This document shows positions 26,026-36,662 of a DNA stretch of 64,000 bases, one piece after another; positions within the stretch are counted from its first letter, which is position 1, and every line of letters begins with the position of its first letter. The stretch is taken from assembly GCA_027306525.1 (NCBI GenBank), contig DAHUZM010000079.1, positions 244-64,243 on the forward strand, written 5' to 3'. A model generated the notes under the pieces. The model saw nothing but the letters and a program-made list of their open reading frames with translations. It was not told the DNA's origin and made no database searches. Position numbers and translations under genes: made by a program. Origin of the DNA: Acidimicrobiaceae bacterium (lineage in GTDB: Bacteria; Actinomycetota; Acidimicrobiia; Acidimicrobiales; RAAP-2).

Positions 26026-27038
26026 GCGACGCCACCGAGCGCGGCCCGCGCCGCGGGGATCCGGAGACCCTCCTCGAGCGCTCGGTCGCCGGCGACCGTG
26101 GCGCCCTCGCCCGGTTGCTGTCCTTCGTGGAGGGCGGCGGGGAGCGCAGCCGGGCCGTGGCCAGGCTGAGCTACCGCGTGGCGCCGCCCTACGTGGTCGG
26201 GATCACGGGCGCGCCGGGGGCCGGGAAGTCGACCCTCGTCGACCAGATGGTCGAGGTCGCGCGGCGCGGTTGGCCGGCCACCTCGGCTCGCGACGCGGCG
26301 CCCGCCGCCGGGCCCGAGGCCGTCGACCAGGTCGCCGTGCTCGCCATCGACCCGACCTCGCCGTTCTCGGGCGGGGCGATCCTGGGCGACCGGGCCCGGA
26401 TGCAGCGCCACGCGACGGATTCGAGCATCTTCATCCGCTCCATGGCGACCCGTGGCCACCTGGGCGGCCTGTCGCTCGCGGTGCCCGACGCGATCAGGGT
26501 GATCGGCGCGTCGGGGATCCCGCTCGCCCTGGTCGAGACGGTGGGCGTCGGCCAGGTCGAGGTCGAGGTGGCGGCGGCCAGCGACACCACGGTGGTCGTC
26601 GTCACCCCCGGATGGGGCGATTCGCTCCAGGCGGCCAAGGCCGGACTGCTCGAGGTCGCCGACCTCTTCGTGATCAACAAGGCCGACCGGCCAGGTGCGG
26701 CCGAGGCGGCACAGGACCTCCGCCAGATGCTGGCGCTCGGCGGGGAGCGGGAGTGGATGCCGCCCATCCTCGACACGGTGGCCACGACCGGCCAGGGCGT
26801 CGAGGGGCTGTGGGCCGCGGTCGCGGGGCACCGCGCGCACCTCGAGGGGAGCGGGCTGCTCACCGAGCGCCGGGGGGAGCGGGTGGAGCAGGAGCTGCGG
26901 CGCGTGCTCGGGGCGCTGCTCGGCGAGCGGTTGGACCGGCTGGCCTCCTCCGAGGAGTACCGGCGGGCGATCGAGGACCTCCGCTCGGGGCGCGTCGATC
27001 CCTACGAGGTCGCCGACAACCTGCTCGGATCGAGCTGA
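26022..27038 (+). CDS. meaB: MeaB/ArgK-type G3E-family GTPase (methylmalonyl-CoA mutase-associated chaperone family)
   Basis: P-loop GITGAPGAGKSTLV, LAIDPTSPFSGGAILGDRARM, VETVGVGQ, VINKAD. TTG 26022 overlaps the murA stop (gTTGA). Confidence 0.8.
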   Translation: MSDATERGPRRGDPETLLERSVAGDRGALARLLSFVEGGGERSRAVARLSYRVAPPYVVGITGAPGAGKSTLVDQMVEVARRGWPATSARDAAPAAGPEAVDQVAVLAIDPTSPFSGGAILGDRARMQRHATDSSIFIRSMATRGHLGGLSLAVPDAIRVIGASGIPLALVETVGVGQVEVEVAAASDTTVVVVTPGWGDSLQAAKAGLLEVADLFVINKADRPGAAEAAQDLRQMLALGGEREWMPPILDTVATTGQGVEGLWAAVAGHRAHLEGSGLLTERRGERVEQELRRVLGALLGERLDRLASSEEYRRAIEDLRSGRVDPYEVADNLLGSS

Positions 27039-27127
27039 CCGGCGGCGTCGGGTACCGTGCGGGCGAGCACCGGTCGGCCAGGTGAGGGCCGGCTGATCCC
27101 GAGCACGACGAGCCATTCCGAAACGCC

Positions 27128-28950
<1,823 letters not shown>

Positions 28951-28957
<7 letters not shown>

Positions 28958-30210
28958 TCGGCTCCATGCTCGAACTCGACCCGGGGCGCAAGGACGCCTT
29001 CGGCCGCCTCGTGCGCACGTGGCTCGCCCGTCGTCACGGGGCAGCCGATGCCGTGGAGGTGCTCGAGGTGGAGGTGCTCTTGGCCGGACGGCCGGGGCTC
29101 TTCGACGTGGTCGCCCTGTGTGGGGGCAGGCTCGCGCACCTCGTGGTCGGGCTCCACGAGGAGGGCTCGCCGCTGCACATGCTGCGACACGACGAGGACA
29201 GCGTGCTCGGTCGCTTCGAGGACGAGCACGGGATCGCTCTCGCCGTCGACGCCCTGTGGGACGCGGAGCTCGTCCCGCTCGTGATGGTGGCCGTGGTGGG
29301 CGAGGAGCCCTCGGTGGTGTCGATGGTGCGAGACGACCCCGAGGGCGTCGTGCTCAACGTCGACGACGCCGCCAGCTTGACGGTCTTCCCGTGGCTCACC
29401 GAGCGCCCGCACCCGGGCGTGGAGATGCTCGTCGCGCTGGACGAGGCCGGCTTCAACCATTTGGCCGCCCCGATCGCCCTCTGGCGCCGTCAGGGCCGCG
29501 ACCTCGGCATCGTCCAGGAGCTCCTCGCCGAGCGGGCCCACGGATGGGCGCTCGCCCTCACCTCGCTGCGCGACCTCTTCGCCACCGCCGGTCCTCCGGA
29601 GGAGGCCGGGGGCGACTTCGCCGACGAGGCGGTCGCGCTCGGCACCATGACCGCCAGGATGCACCTGGCGTCGGCCCATGCGTTCGGCCGGCGGATCGGC
29701 GCGCTGTCGGACTGGGCGGCCGAGGTCGAGCTCTTGGTGCGCGAGGTGTCGCCCGTCGCCGTCTCGCCCCGGGCGAGCGAGGCGCTGAGGGCGTTGCGCT
29801 CGAGCGCGGAGCGCTCGGCTACCGTGCGCACGCACGGGGATCTGCACCTCGGCCGGGTGGCGCGCACCAATGCCGGCTGGGTGGTCGCCGACTGGCTCCC
29901 CGGCGGGGTCGACGCCGAGGGAGCCGTCGTCTTCCGCTCCCCGCTCGCCGACGTCGCCGACATGCTGTGGTCGCTGCACTACGTGTCGGCGACCGCGCTC
30001 GAGGAGCGAGACCCCGCCGTGCGCGGCGAACTCGAGGCGCCCGCCCGCGCGTGGGAGGAGCGCAATCACCGGGCATTCCTGGCCGGGTACCTCTCCACGC
30101 CGGGCGTGGAGGATCTCGTCCCCACCGAGCATGCGGTGCTCGAGGCGCTCACCGCGCTCTTCGAGCTCGAGGAGCTCGTCCGCCGGGCCGGGCGGACGCC
30201 CGTGGGCTGA
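28951..30210 (+). CDS. mak: maltokinase (Mak/Pep2-like aminoglycoside-phosphotransferase fold)
   Basis: Follows treS with an ATGGTGA overlap. Kinase catalytic segment RTHGDLHLGRVAR...WVVADW. The ORF track start 28639 lies inside treS. Confidence 0.75.
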
Positions 30211-30248
30211 GCGGTTTGCGTCGGGGCCGGGCGTGGCACACTGAGCCG

Positions 30249-31295
30249 GTGCGGGTGGGGATACTCACGGGCGGCGGCGACTGCCCCGGGCTGAACGCCG
30301 TGATCCGGGCGGTGGTGATCGCCGGGCACGTCCGCTACCACTACGAGACCATCGGCTATCTCGACGGGTGGCGGGGGGTGCTCGAGCGGCGGTCCCGGCC
30401 GCTCGATCCCGTGGAGTCGGCTGGCCTGCTCGCCATGGGCGGCACGGTGCTCGGCACCTCGCGCACCAACCCCTTCGCCCAGGAGCGGGGGGGCGATCGG
30501 GTGGTCGAGAACCTCGCGTCGGCCCGAGTCGACGCGCTGATCGCCATCGGCGGCGACGACACCCTCGGGGTGGCCCACCGCCTGGGCGCCTTCGGGGTGT
30601 CGGTCGTGGGCGTGCCCAAGACGATCGACAACGACCTCTCGGGCACCGAGGTCACCTTCGGCTTCCAGACGGCCGTGCAGACCGCCACCGAGGCGATCGA
30701 CCGGCTGGGGACGACCGCCGAGTCCCATCACCGGGTGATCGTCTGCGAGGTCATGGGGCGCAACGCAGGGTGGATCGCGGCCGAGGCCGGGATCGCCGGG
30801 GGGGCGGCCGAGATCCTGGTGCCCGAGGTCCCCTTCGATCTCGACGCGGTCTGCGCCAAGCTGACCGCCCGCCACCAACGCGGCCAGTTCTTCTCGATCG
30901 TGGTCGTGGCCGAGGGGGCGCTCCCGGCCGACCCGGCGCTCGCCGAGTCGGCCACCTCGGCGCGCTCTGGCGCGTCGGCCGACGCCTTCGGCCATGCCCG
31001 CCTCGGGGGCATCGGGGACTGGCTTGCCGGCGAGGTCGAGCGACGCACCGGCTACGAGGCACGCGCGACGACCCTCGGGCACATCCAGCGGGGCGGGACG
31101 CCCACCGCTTATGACCGGGTGCTCGCGACCCGCTTCGGCGTGGCTGCGGTCGAGGCGGTCCACGACGGCGACTTCGGGATGATGGTGGCCCTGCGGTCGT
31201 GTGACATCGTGCGGGTCTCGTTGCAAGAGGCCGTGGGCAATCCGAAGACCGTCGACCCGGCGCTCTTGGAGGTCGCCGCCCCGTTCTTGGGCTGA
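30249..31295 (+). CDS. 6-phosphofructokinase (PfkA family; Asp/Lys signature suggests a possible PPi-dependent type)
   Basis: VRVGILTGGGDCPGLNAVIRAVV, IAIGGDDTLGVA, VGVPKTIDNDL, MGRNAGWIA. Only the last 348 codons of the 901-aa track ORF 28590..31295 are PFK. Confidence 0.9.
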   Translation: MRVGILTGGGDCPGLNAVIRAVVIAGHVRYHYETIGYLDGWRGVLERRSRPLDPVESAGLLAMGGTVLGTSRTNPFAQERGGDRVVENLASARVDALIAIGGDDTLGVAHRLGAFGVSVVGVPKTIDNDLSGTEVTFGFQTAVQTATEAIDRLGTTAESHHRVIVCEVMGRNAGWIAAEAGIAGGAAEILVPEVPFDLDAVCAKLTARHQRGQFFSIVVVAEGALPADPALAESATSARSGASADAFGHARLGGIGDWLAGEVERRTGYEARATTLGHIQRGGTPTAYDRVLATRFGVAAVEAVHDGDFGMMVALRSCDIVRVSLQEAVGNPKTVDPALLEVAAPFLG

Positions 31296-31302
31296 GCCGG
31301 GT

Positions 31303-32295
31303 CTAGCTGCCCGTGGCGGAAGGGAGGGCGATGCCGAGCTCTTCGGCCGCCATCTCGGGGGGCACGATGTTGATCGCCACGCCGGTGCCGAGCTCGAAGC
31401 CGGCCCGCGTGGTGACCTTCGGCCAGACGTGCACATGCCAGTGGTAGGGCTCGTTGACCCGGTAGGGAGCCGAGTGGAAGACGATGTTGTAGGCGACGTC
31501 GCCGACCTTCTCGCGCAGGTGCTTCAGGGAGTCCCGCAGGCTCTTGCCGACCGAGACGAGGTCCTCGGTGGGGCTGCGGTAGAGGTGGGGCGTGTGCGCC
31601 CGGGGCATGACCAGCATCTCGTAGGGGACCGCGCTCCAGAAGGGGCACACCGCGACGGTCTTCTCGTCGGCGTAGACCACCCGCAGCCCGGCGCTCTCCT
31701 CGGCGTCGATGGTGGTGCACAAGAGGCAGCCGCCGGCAAACTTCGCGAACCGCGCCACCTCCTCGGCGAGCTCACGGGGCACGAAGGACATGCCGAGCAG
31801 CTGGCCGTGGGGGTGCTCGAGCGAGGCCCCGGCCTCCCGGCCGCAGTTGACGATGGCCTGGCTGTAGCGGAGATAGGACTGCTGGGAGTGCTCCTCGATC
31901 CGGTCCCGCAGGGCCGCCATCACCAGGCTCGCCTGCTCGTCGGAGAGCTCGGCCCAGGAGGTCTCGTGCTCGGGTGAGAGGACGAGCACCTCGTGGATCC
32001 CCCCCGCCGTGGCCTGGGTGAAGACCGGCCCACGGTTGGATACCACGAAGGGCTGGTCGCCCTCGAAAGCGGGGTAGAGGTTGGGCACCACCCGCACGAG
32101 CCAGTTGCCGGTCGGGCCATAGGTCTCGAGCGCCGGCGGGCTGGCCTCCTCGTGGCCGGGGCAGAACGGGCAGGGCCGCTCGTCGAGCTCGACGACCGAG
32201 GAGCGTGACAGCTGGAACGCCTGGGGCCGGTCGGCCCGGGCGGCGCTCACCGCGACCCAGCGCCCCGAGAGGGGATCGAGGCGGAGCTCGTTCAC
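31303..32295 (-). CDS. galactose-1-phosphate uridylyltransferase-like (GalT/HIT superfamily nucleotidyltransferase)
   Basis: LRLDPLSGRWVAVSAARADRP, zinc-site CPFCPGHE, active-site HPHGQL. The nearest usable in-frame start is GTG 32295; the upstream Val codons are GTC. Confidence 0.75.
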   Translation of the reverse strand: MNELRLDPLSGRWVAVSAARADRPQAFQLSRSSVVELDERPCPFCPGHEEASPPALETYGPTGNWLVRVVPNLYPAFEGDQPFVVSNRGPVFTQATAGGIHEVLVLSPEHETSWAELSDEQASLVMAALRDRIEEHSQQSYLRYSQAIVNCGREAGASLEHPHGQLLGMSFVPRELAEEVARFAKFAGGCLLCTTIDAEESAGLRVVYADEKTVAVCPFWSAVPYEMLVMPRAHTPHLYRSPTEDLVSVGKSLRDSLKHLREKVGDVAYNIVFHSAPYRVNEPYHWHVHVWPKVTTRAGFELGTGVAINIVPPEMAAEELGIALPSATGS

Positions 32296-32410
32296 CGCGT
32301 CGAGGACGTCGCGGGCACTTCGGATTCGGTGGCCGACGGACGCCCGCTCACGGCTTCTACGGTACCGCCTGCGCGAGGCCCCTCCGGCGACGGGTGGGCG
32401 AAAATGGGGC

Positions 32411-32908
32411 GTGCCCCTCCCCTCGGCCGAGCTCGCCGCGTCCGCGAGCAACGCCGGCTTTGACCTGCTGCTCATCGCGCACGTGGCCTGCGCCATCATC
32501 GGCTTCGGCGTGCTCGTGACGAGTGGCATCCAAGCGGCGCGGCTCGCACGCTCGGGGGCTGGCGCCCCTCCCGCCCTCCGGAACTACTTCGCCCCGGGGT
32601 TCAACTGGGCCGGCCGGGTCCTCTACGGGGTGCCGGTGTTCGGGTTCCTGCTCGTCGACGACTCGAGCGAGCGGTTCAGCATCGGCGACCCATGGGTGGT
32701 CGCGGGGATCGCGCTCTGGTGCGCATCGATCCTCGCGGCCGAGCTTGCGTTGTGGCCGGCCGAGCGCCGGATCCAGGCCGTCCTGGCCTCGGGGGCCGAC
32801 CCCGGCCGGGGAATCGCCCGCGACTGCCGGCTCGTGGGGGCTCTCGGGGGGGCGCTCGGGCTCGTCTTCGTGGCGATGACCGTCGTCATGGTCGCGAAGC
32901 CCGGCTGA
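32411..32908 (+). CDS. hypothetical integral membrane protein (4 TM)
   Basis: 165 aa. Hydrophobic segments with GC3-rich codons. No recognisable motif. Confidence 0.45.
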   Translation: MPLPSAELAASASNAGFDLLLIAHVACAIIGFGVLVTSGIQAARLARSGAGAPPALRNYFAPGFNWAGRVLYGVPVFGFLLVDDSSERFSIGDPWVVAGIALWCASILAAELALWPAERRIQAVLASGADPGRGIARDCRLVGALGGALGLVFVAMTVVMVAKPG

Positions 32909-33577
32909 TCAGCGGGGCTCGGGGACCTCCATCGCCCGGGCGAGTGCCGCGTCGACGAGGCGTTCGGCCGCCGCTCGGTGCCCCGCCTCGAGCAGCCTGG
33001 GCAGGTCCCCGTCCAAGAGACCGGACCAGTCGAGCGCGTGGGTCGGGCGACCGGCGGCCCGCAATCCGAGGCGGGCCCGCTCGAGCACCTCGGCAAGGGG
33101 TTCGAGGTGGGCGCCGAGGACGGCGCCCAGCCGGCGACGGAGCCAGGCCGCGAGCGCAGGGCTCGCGCCGCCGGTCGAGACCGAGACCGTGACCCGCCCC
33201 TGGCGGTGGACCGAGGGGAGGAAGAAGCTGCAGTGCTCGGCGTCATCCGCGCTGTTGACCCAGACCCCGGCGGCGTCGGCATCGGCCGCGGCCCGTCGGT
33301 CGACCTCGGCGATGCCCGTCGCCGTGATGACGAGGCGGTAGCCGGAGGCCTCGCCACTGCGATACGGGCGCCGCCTGATCTGCACCGTCGCCTCGGCCCG
33401 CGTCGCCAGCTCGCTGATGGACCGGTCGATCTCGGGGGCGACGACGGTCACCTCGGCGCCGCACTCGTGGAGGCCGGCCACCTTGCGCGAGGCCACGGCC
33501 CCCCCGCCGACCACGAGGCAGGGCCGGCCCTCGAGGCGCAGGACGACCGGATAGGGCGGGCTCGGGTGCGGGGTCAT
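32909..33577 (-). CDS. precorrin-2 dehydrogenase / sirohydrochlorin ferrochelatase (SirC/Met8/CysG N-terminal type), siroheme synthesis
   Basis: Rossmann motif CLVVGGGAVASRKV...VTVVAP. ATG 33577 overlaps the cysN stop (ATGA). Confidence 0.8.
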   Translation of the reverse strand: MTPHPSPPYPVVLRLEGRPCLVVGGGAVASRKVAGLHECGAEVTVVAPEIDRSISELATRAEATVQIRRRPYRSGEASGYRLVITATGIAEVDRRAAADADAAGVWVNSADDAEHCSFFLPSVHRQGRVTVSVSTGGASPALAAWLRRRLGAVLGAHLEPLAEVLERARLGLRAAGRPTHALDWSGLLDGDLPRLLEAGHRAAAERLVDAALARAMEVPEPR

Positions 33578-34896
33578 CGGGCGGACGCCATCGAGCCCCG
33601 GGCGAGGGAGGGGGCACCGACCATGCACGCCGCCAGCGTCGCGTTGGTGGCCTCGTCGATCAGGACGAAGCTCCCGGTGACCCGGTTGGTGCCATAGGGG
33701 TCGACCGCAAGGGGGGTACCGGTCGTGAGCCGGACGACCCCGATCTCGTTGTCGAGAAGCCGCCCGGCGGGGACGAGGGCGAGCTCGTTCACCTCAAGGC
33801 GCGACAGCACCGCGTCGACCCGCGCCGGCGTCACCCGGGTCGTGTGCTTGATGCGCAGCCGGTCGCCGGCCGACAGCGCCCTGGCGCCGAACCAGCAGAC
33901 GGTCGCCTCGAGCTCGCTCGTCACGAGGGGCGGGGCGCCGGTCGACGCGATCAGATCGCCCCGAGAGACGTCGATGTCGTCGTCGAGCTCGACGGCCACC
34001 GACATGCCGACCGGCGCCTCTTCGAGCGAGCGGTCGTAGGTGCCGATGGAGGCGACGGTGCTCCGGCGCCCGCCGGGGAGCACGAGCACCTCGGCGCCGA
34101 CCCGCAGCGCTGCGCCCCCAAGGACCCCGGCGTACGAGCGGCGACCCTCGTGGCGGAGCACCCACTGCACGGCCAGGCGCGCCCCGGTGCCGTGCCCGGC
34201 CCCCTGCATGGCCGAGAACCCGCCGGCCGGGGCGGACTCGAGCGCGTCGAGCACCGTCGGACCCTCGTACCAGGGGGCGGCGGCCGAGCGCTCGACGACG
34301 TTGTCGCCCTGCAACGCCGAGATCGGGATGACCCGGCATTCGGCGATCGAGAGCCGCCGCGCGAGGGCGTGCACCTCGGCGGCGAGCTCGAGATAGGCGT
34401 CGCGGTCCCAGCCGACCAGGTCCATCTTGTTCGCCACGACCACCAGCTGCTCCACGCCGAGCAGGGCGGCGATGCAGGTGTGCCGGCGCGTCTGTTCGCG
34501 CAGCCCGCCGGTCACGTCGACGACCACGAGGGCGAGGTCCGCGGTGGACGCCCCGGTGGCCATGTTCGCCGTGTACTGCTCGTGCCCCGGGCAGTCAGCG
34601 ATGATGAACTTGCGCGTCGGGGTGGCGGCGTAGCGGTAGGCGACGTCGATCGTGATCCCCTGCTCGCGTTCGGCGCGGAGCCCATCGGTGACGAAGGACA
34701 GGTCCATCTCGGCGACACCCCGCCGCTTCGATGCCGCCGAGACCGCCTCGAGTTGATCGTCGAAGAGCTGGCGGGTGTCGAAGAGCAGCCTCCCGATGAG
34801 GGTCGACTTGCCGTCGTCGACCGATCCGATCGCTGCGAACCGGAGGAGGTCGACCCCGCCCGGCGCGGACGTTGCGGGGCCCCGGGTCGGGCCCAT
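33574..34896 (-). CDS. cysN: sulfate adenylyltransferase subunit 1 (GTPase CysN), no fused APS-kinase domain
   Basis: G1 GSVDDGKSTL, G3 DCPGHEQY, G4 NKMD. 440 aa, so EF-Tu-like domains only. Confidence 0.9.
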   Translation of the reverse strand: MGPTRGPATSAPGGVDLLRFAAIGSVDDGKSTLIGRLLFDTRQLFDDQLEAVSAASKRRGVAEMDLSFVTDGLRAEREQGITIDVAYRYAATPTRKFIIADCPGHEQYTANMATGASTADLALVVVDVTGGLREQTRRHTCIAALLGVEQLVVVANKMDLVGWDRDAYLELAAEVHALARRLSIAECRVIPISALQGDNVVERSAAAPWYEGPTVLDALESAPAGGFSAMQGAGHGTGARLAVQWVLRHEGRRSYAGVLGGAALRVGAEVLVLPGGRRSTVASIGTYDRSLEEAPVGMSVAVELDDDIDVSRGDLIASTGAPPLVTSELEATVCWFGARALSAGDRLRIKHTTRVTPARVDAVLSRLEVNELALVPAGRLLDNEIGVVRLTTGTPLAVDPYGTNRVTGSFVLIDEATNATLAACMVGAPSLARGSMASAR

Positions 34897-34899
34897 CTC

Positions 34900-35853
34900 C
34901 TAGAAGTACCCCTCGCGCTTGCGGTCCTCCATCGCCGTCTCGGAGAACCGGTCGTCGCCACGAGTTGCGCCGCGCTCGGAGGTTCGGGCGGTCGCCACCT
35001 CGGCGATGATCTCCCGTAGCGTCCTCGCCTCGGAGCGCACGGCCCCCGTGCAGGTCGCGTCGCCGACGGTGCGGAAACGGATGCTCGTCACCTCGGTGCG
35101 CTCACCGGGTTCGGGCACCACCCACCGGCCGGTCGCGAGCAGCATGCCGTCTCGCTCGACGACCGGGCGGCGGTGCGCGAAGTAGATCGACGCGAGCTCG
35201 ATCCCCTCGCGCTCGATGTACTGCCAGACGTCGAGCTCGGTCCAGTCCGAGAGGGGGAAGGCCCGCACATGCTCGCCCGGGAGCACCCGACCCTGGTAGA
35301 GCTGCCACAGCTCGGGGCGCTGGCGCTTGGGGTCCCACTGTCCGAAGACGTCGCGGAAGCTCAGCACCCGCTCCTTGGCTCGTGCCTTGTCCTCGTCGCG
35401 CCGCGCCCCGCCGATCGCCGCGTCGAAGCGATGCTCGGCGATCGCATCGAGGAGCGTGGTCGCCTGGAGCCGGTTGCGGGAGCGTCCGGGGCCCGGGTCT
35501 GGCACCCGGCCCGCAGCGATCGAGTCCTCGACCGAGGCGACGATGAGGTGCTCGCCGAGCTCGGCTATCCGGTCGTCTCGGTACGCGATGACCTCCTCGA
35601 AGTTGTGCCCGGTGTCGATGTGCATGATCGGAAAGGGGAACCCCCCGGGCCGGAACGCCTTCAGCGCGAGATGCAAGAGGACGGCCGAGTCCTTGCCCCC
35701 GCTGAAGAGCAGGACGGGCCGCTCGGACTCGGCGGCCACCTCCCGCAGCACGAAGATCGCGTGGCTCTCGAGCAGGGTCAGGTGATCGGCGCGGGGGCCG
35801 ATCGGCGCGTCGGGACCGGAGCGACGGGCGGTGGCGGCGGGGACGGTCGTCAT
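34900..35853 (-). CDS. cysD: sulfate adenylyltransferase subunit 2 (CysD)
   Basis: PP-loop LLFSGGKDSAV, MHIDTGHNFEE, GGARRDEDKARAKER, FRTVGD. ATG 35853 is chosen; the ORF track start 36195 is spurious. Confidence 0.93.
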   Translation of the reverse strand: MTTVPAATARRSGPDAPIGPRADHLTLLESHAIFVLREVAAESERPVLLFSGGKDSAVLLHLALKAFRPGGFPFPIMHIDTGHNFEEVIAYRDDRIAELGEHLIVASVEDSIAAGRVPDPGPGRSRNRLQATTLLDAIAEHRFDAAIGGARRDEDKARAKERVLSFRDVFGQWDPKRQRPELWQLYQGRVLPGEHVRAFPLSDWTELDVWQYIEREGIELASIYFAHRRPVVERDGMLLATGRWVVPEPGERTEVTSIRFRTVGDATCTGAVRSEARTLREIIAEVATARTSERGATRGDDRFSETAMEDRKREGYF

Positions 35854-35879
35854 GTCGTCGAGCGGTCGGGCCCAAAACC

Positions 35880-35928
35880 TGACCAACTTGGTCATGTATA
35901 CTCGCCGACAAGTCCCCCGACAAGTCCC
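35880..35928 (+). promoter_or_regulatory. candidate operator/promoter elements in the cysD-cysH divergent intergenic region
   Basis: Perfect palindrome TGACCAA-C-TTGGTCA (35880-35894). -10-like TATACT (35897-35902). Perfect tandem 12-mer CCGACAAGTCCC x2 (35905-35916, 35917-35928). Confidence 0.45.
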
Positions 35929-35992
35929 TGCGCTTCGGGGGCGGACCCCGTGGGACTTCGACGGGGCCATCGACGGGGAGAGGGCCGATTCC

Positions 35993-36661
35993 ATGCGCGA
36001 CGTCACCATCGGCCGAGCCGACGAGCTGGCGTCGGTCAGCGCCTCGCTCGAGCTCGCCCCGGCCTCCAAGGCGATCGAGTGGGCGCTCGAGCGCTTCTCG
36101 GGCTCGGTCGCGCTCGCGTGCTCCTTCCAGGACGTCGTGATCGTCGACCTTGCCCACGCGCTCGACCCGGGCATCGAGGTCGTGTTCTTGGACACCGGCG
36201 CGCACTTCGAAGAGACGCTCGACCTCGTCGAGCGGACCCGGCGCCGCTACGGGCTCAACCTCGTGGTCACGAGGCCGGCGCAGGACGCGGCGCACGGGCC
36301 GTGCGGGAGCGAGCAGTGCTGCCGCTTCCGCAAGGTGGAGCCCCTGCGCCGGGCGCTCGCAGGCAAGGCCGCGTGGATCACGGGACTGAAGCGCTCCGAT
36401 TCGCCGACCCGCTCGGCGATCCCGATCGTGCACCGTGACGAGTCCTTTGGGCTCGTGAAGGTGAACCCCCTCGCCACCTGGAGCGACCGGGACATCGCCT
36501 CCTACGAGCAGGACCACGCCCTGCCGGTGCATCCGCTCATGGGTCGGGGCTACCGCTCGATCGGCTGCGCACCGACCACCCGTCCCGTCGCCCAGGGCGA
36601 GGACGCGCGTGCGGGCCGCTGGGCGGGGTCGGACAAGACCGAGTGCGGTCTCCACGGCTGA
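35993..36661 (+). CDS. cysH: adenylyl-sulfate (APS)/PAPS reductase, thioredoxin-dependent (CysH family)
   Basis: PP-loop-like ALACSFQDVVIVDL, CC pair (EQCCRFRKVEPL), C-terminal KTECGLH. The second cluster motif reads CAPTT instead of CxxC. Confidence 0.88.
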   Translation: MRDVTIGRADELASVSASLELAPASKAIEWALERFSGSVALACSFQDVVIVDLAHALDPGIEVVFLDTGAHFEETLDLVERTRRRYGLNLVVTRPAQDAAHGPCGSEQCCRFRKVEPLRRALAGKAAWITGLKRSDSPTRSAIPIVHRDESFGLVKVNPLATWSDRDIASYEQDHALPVHPLMGRGYRSIGCAPTTRPVAQGEDARAGRWAGSDKTECGLHG

Positions 36662-36662
36662 G

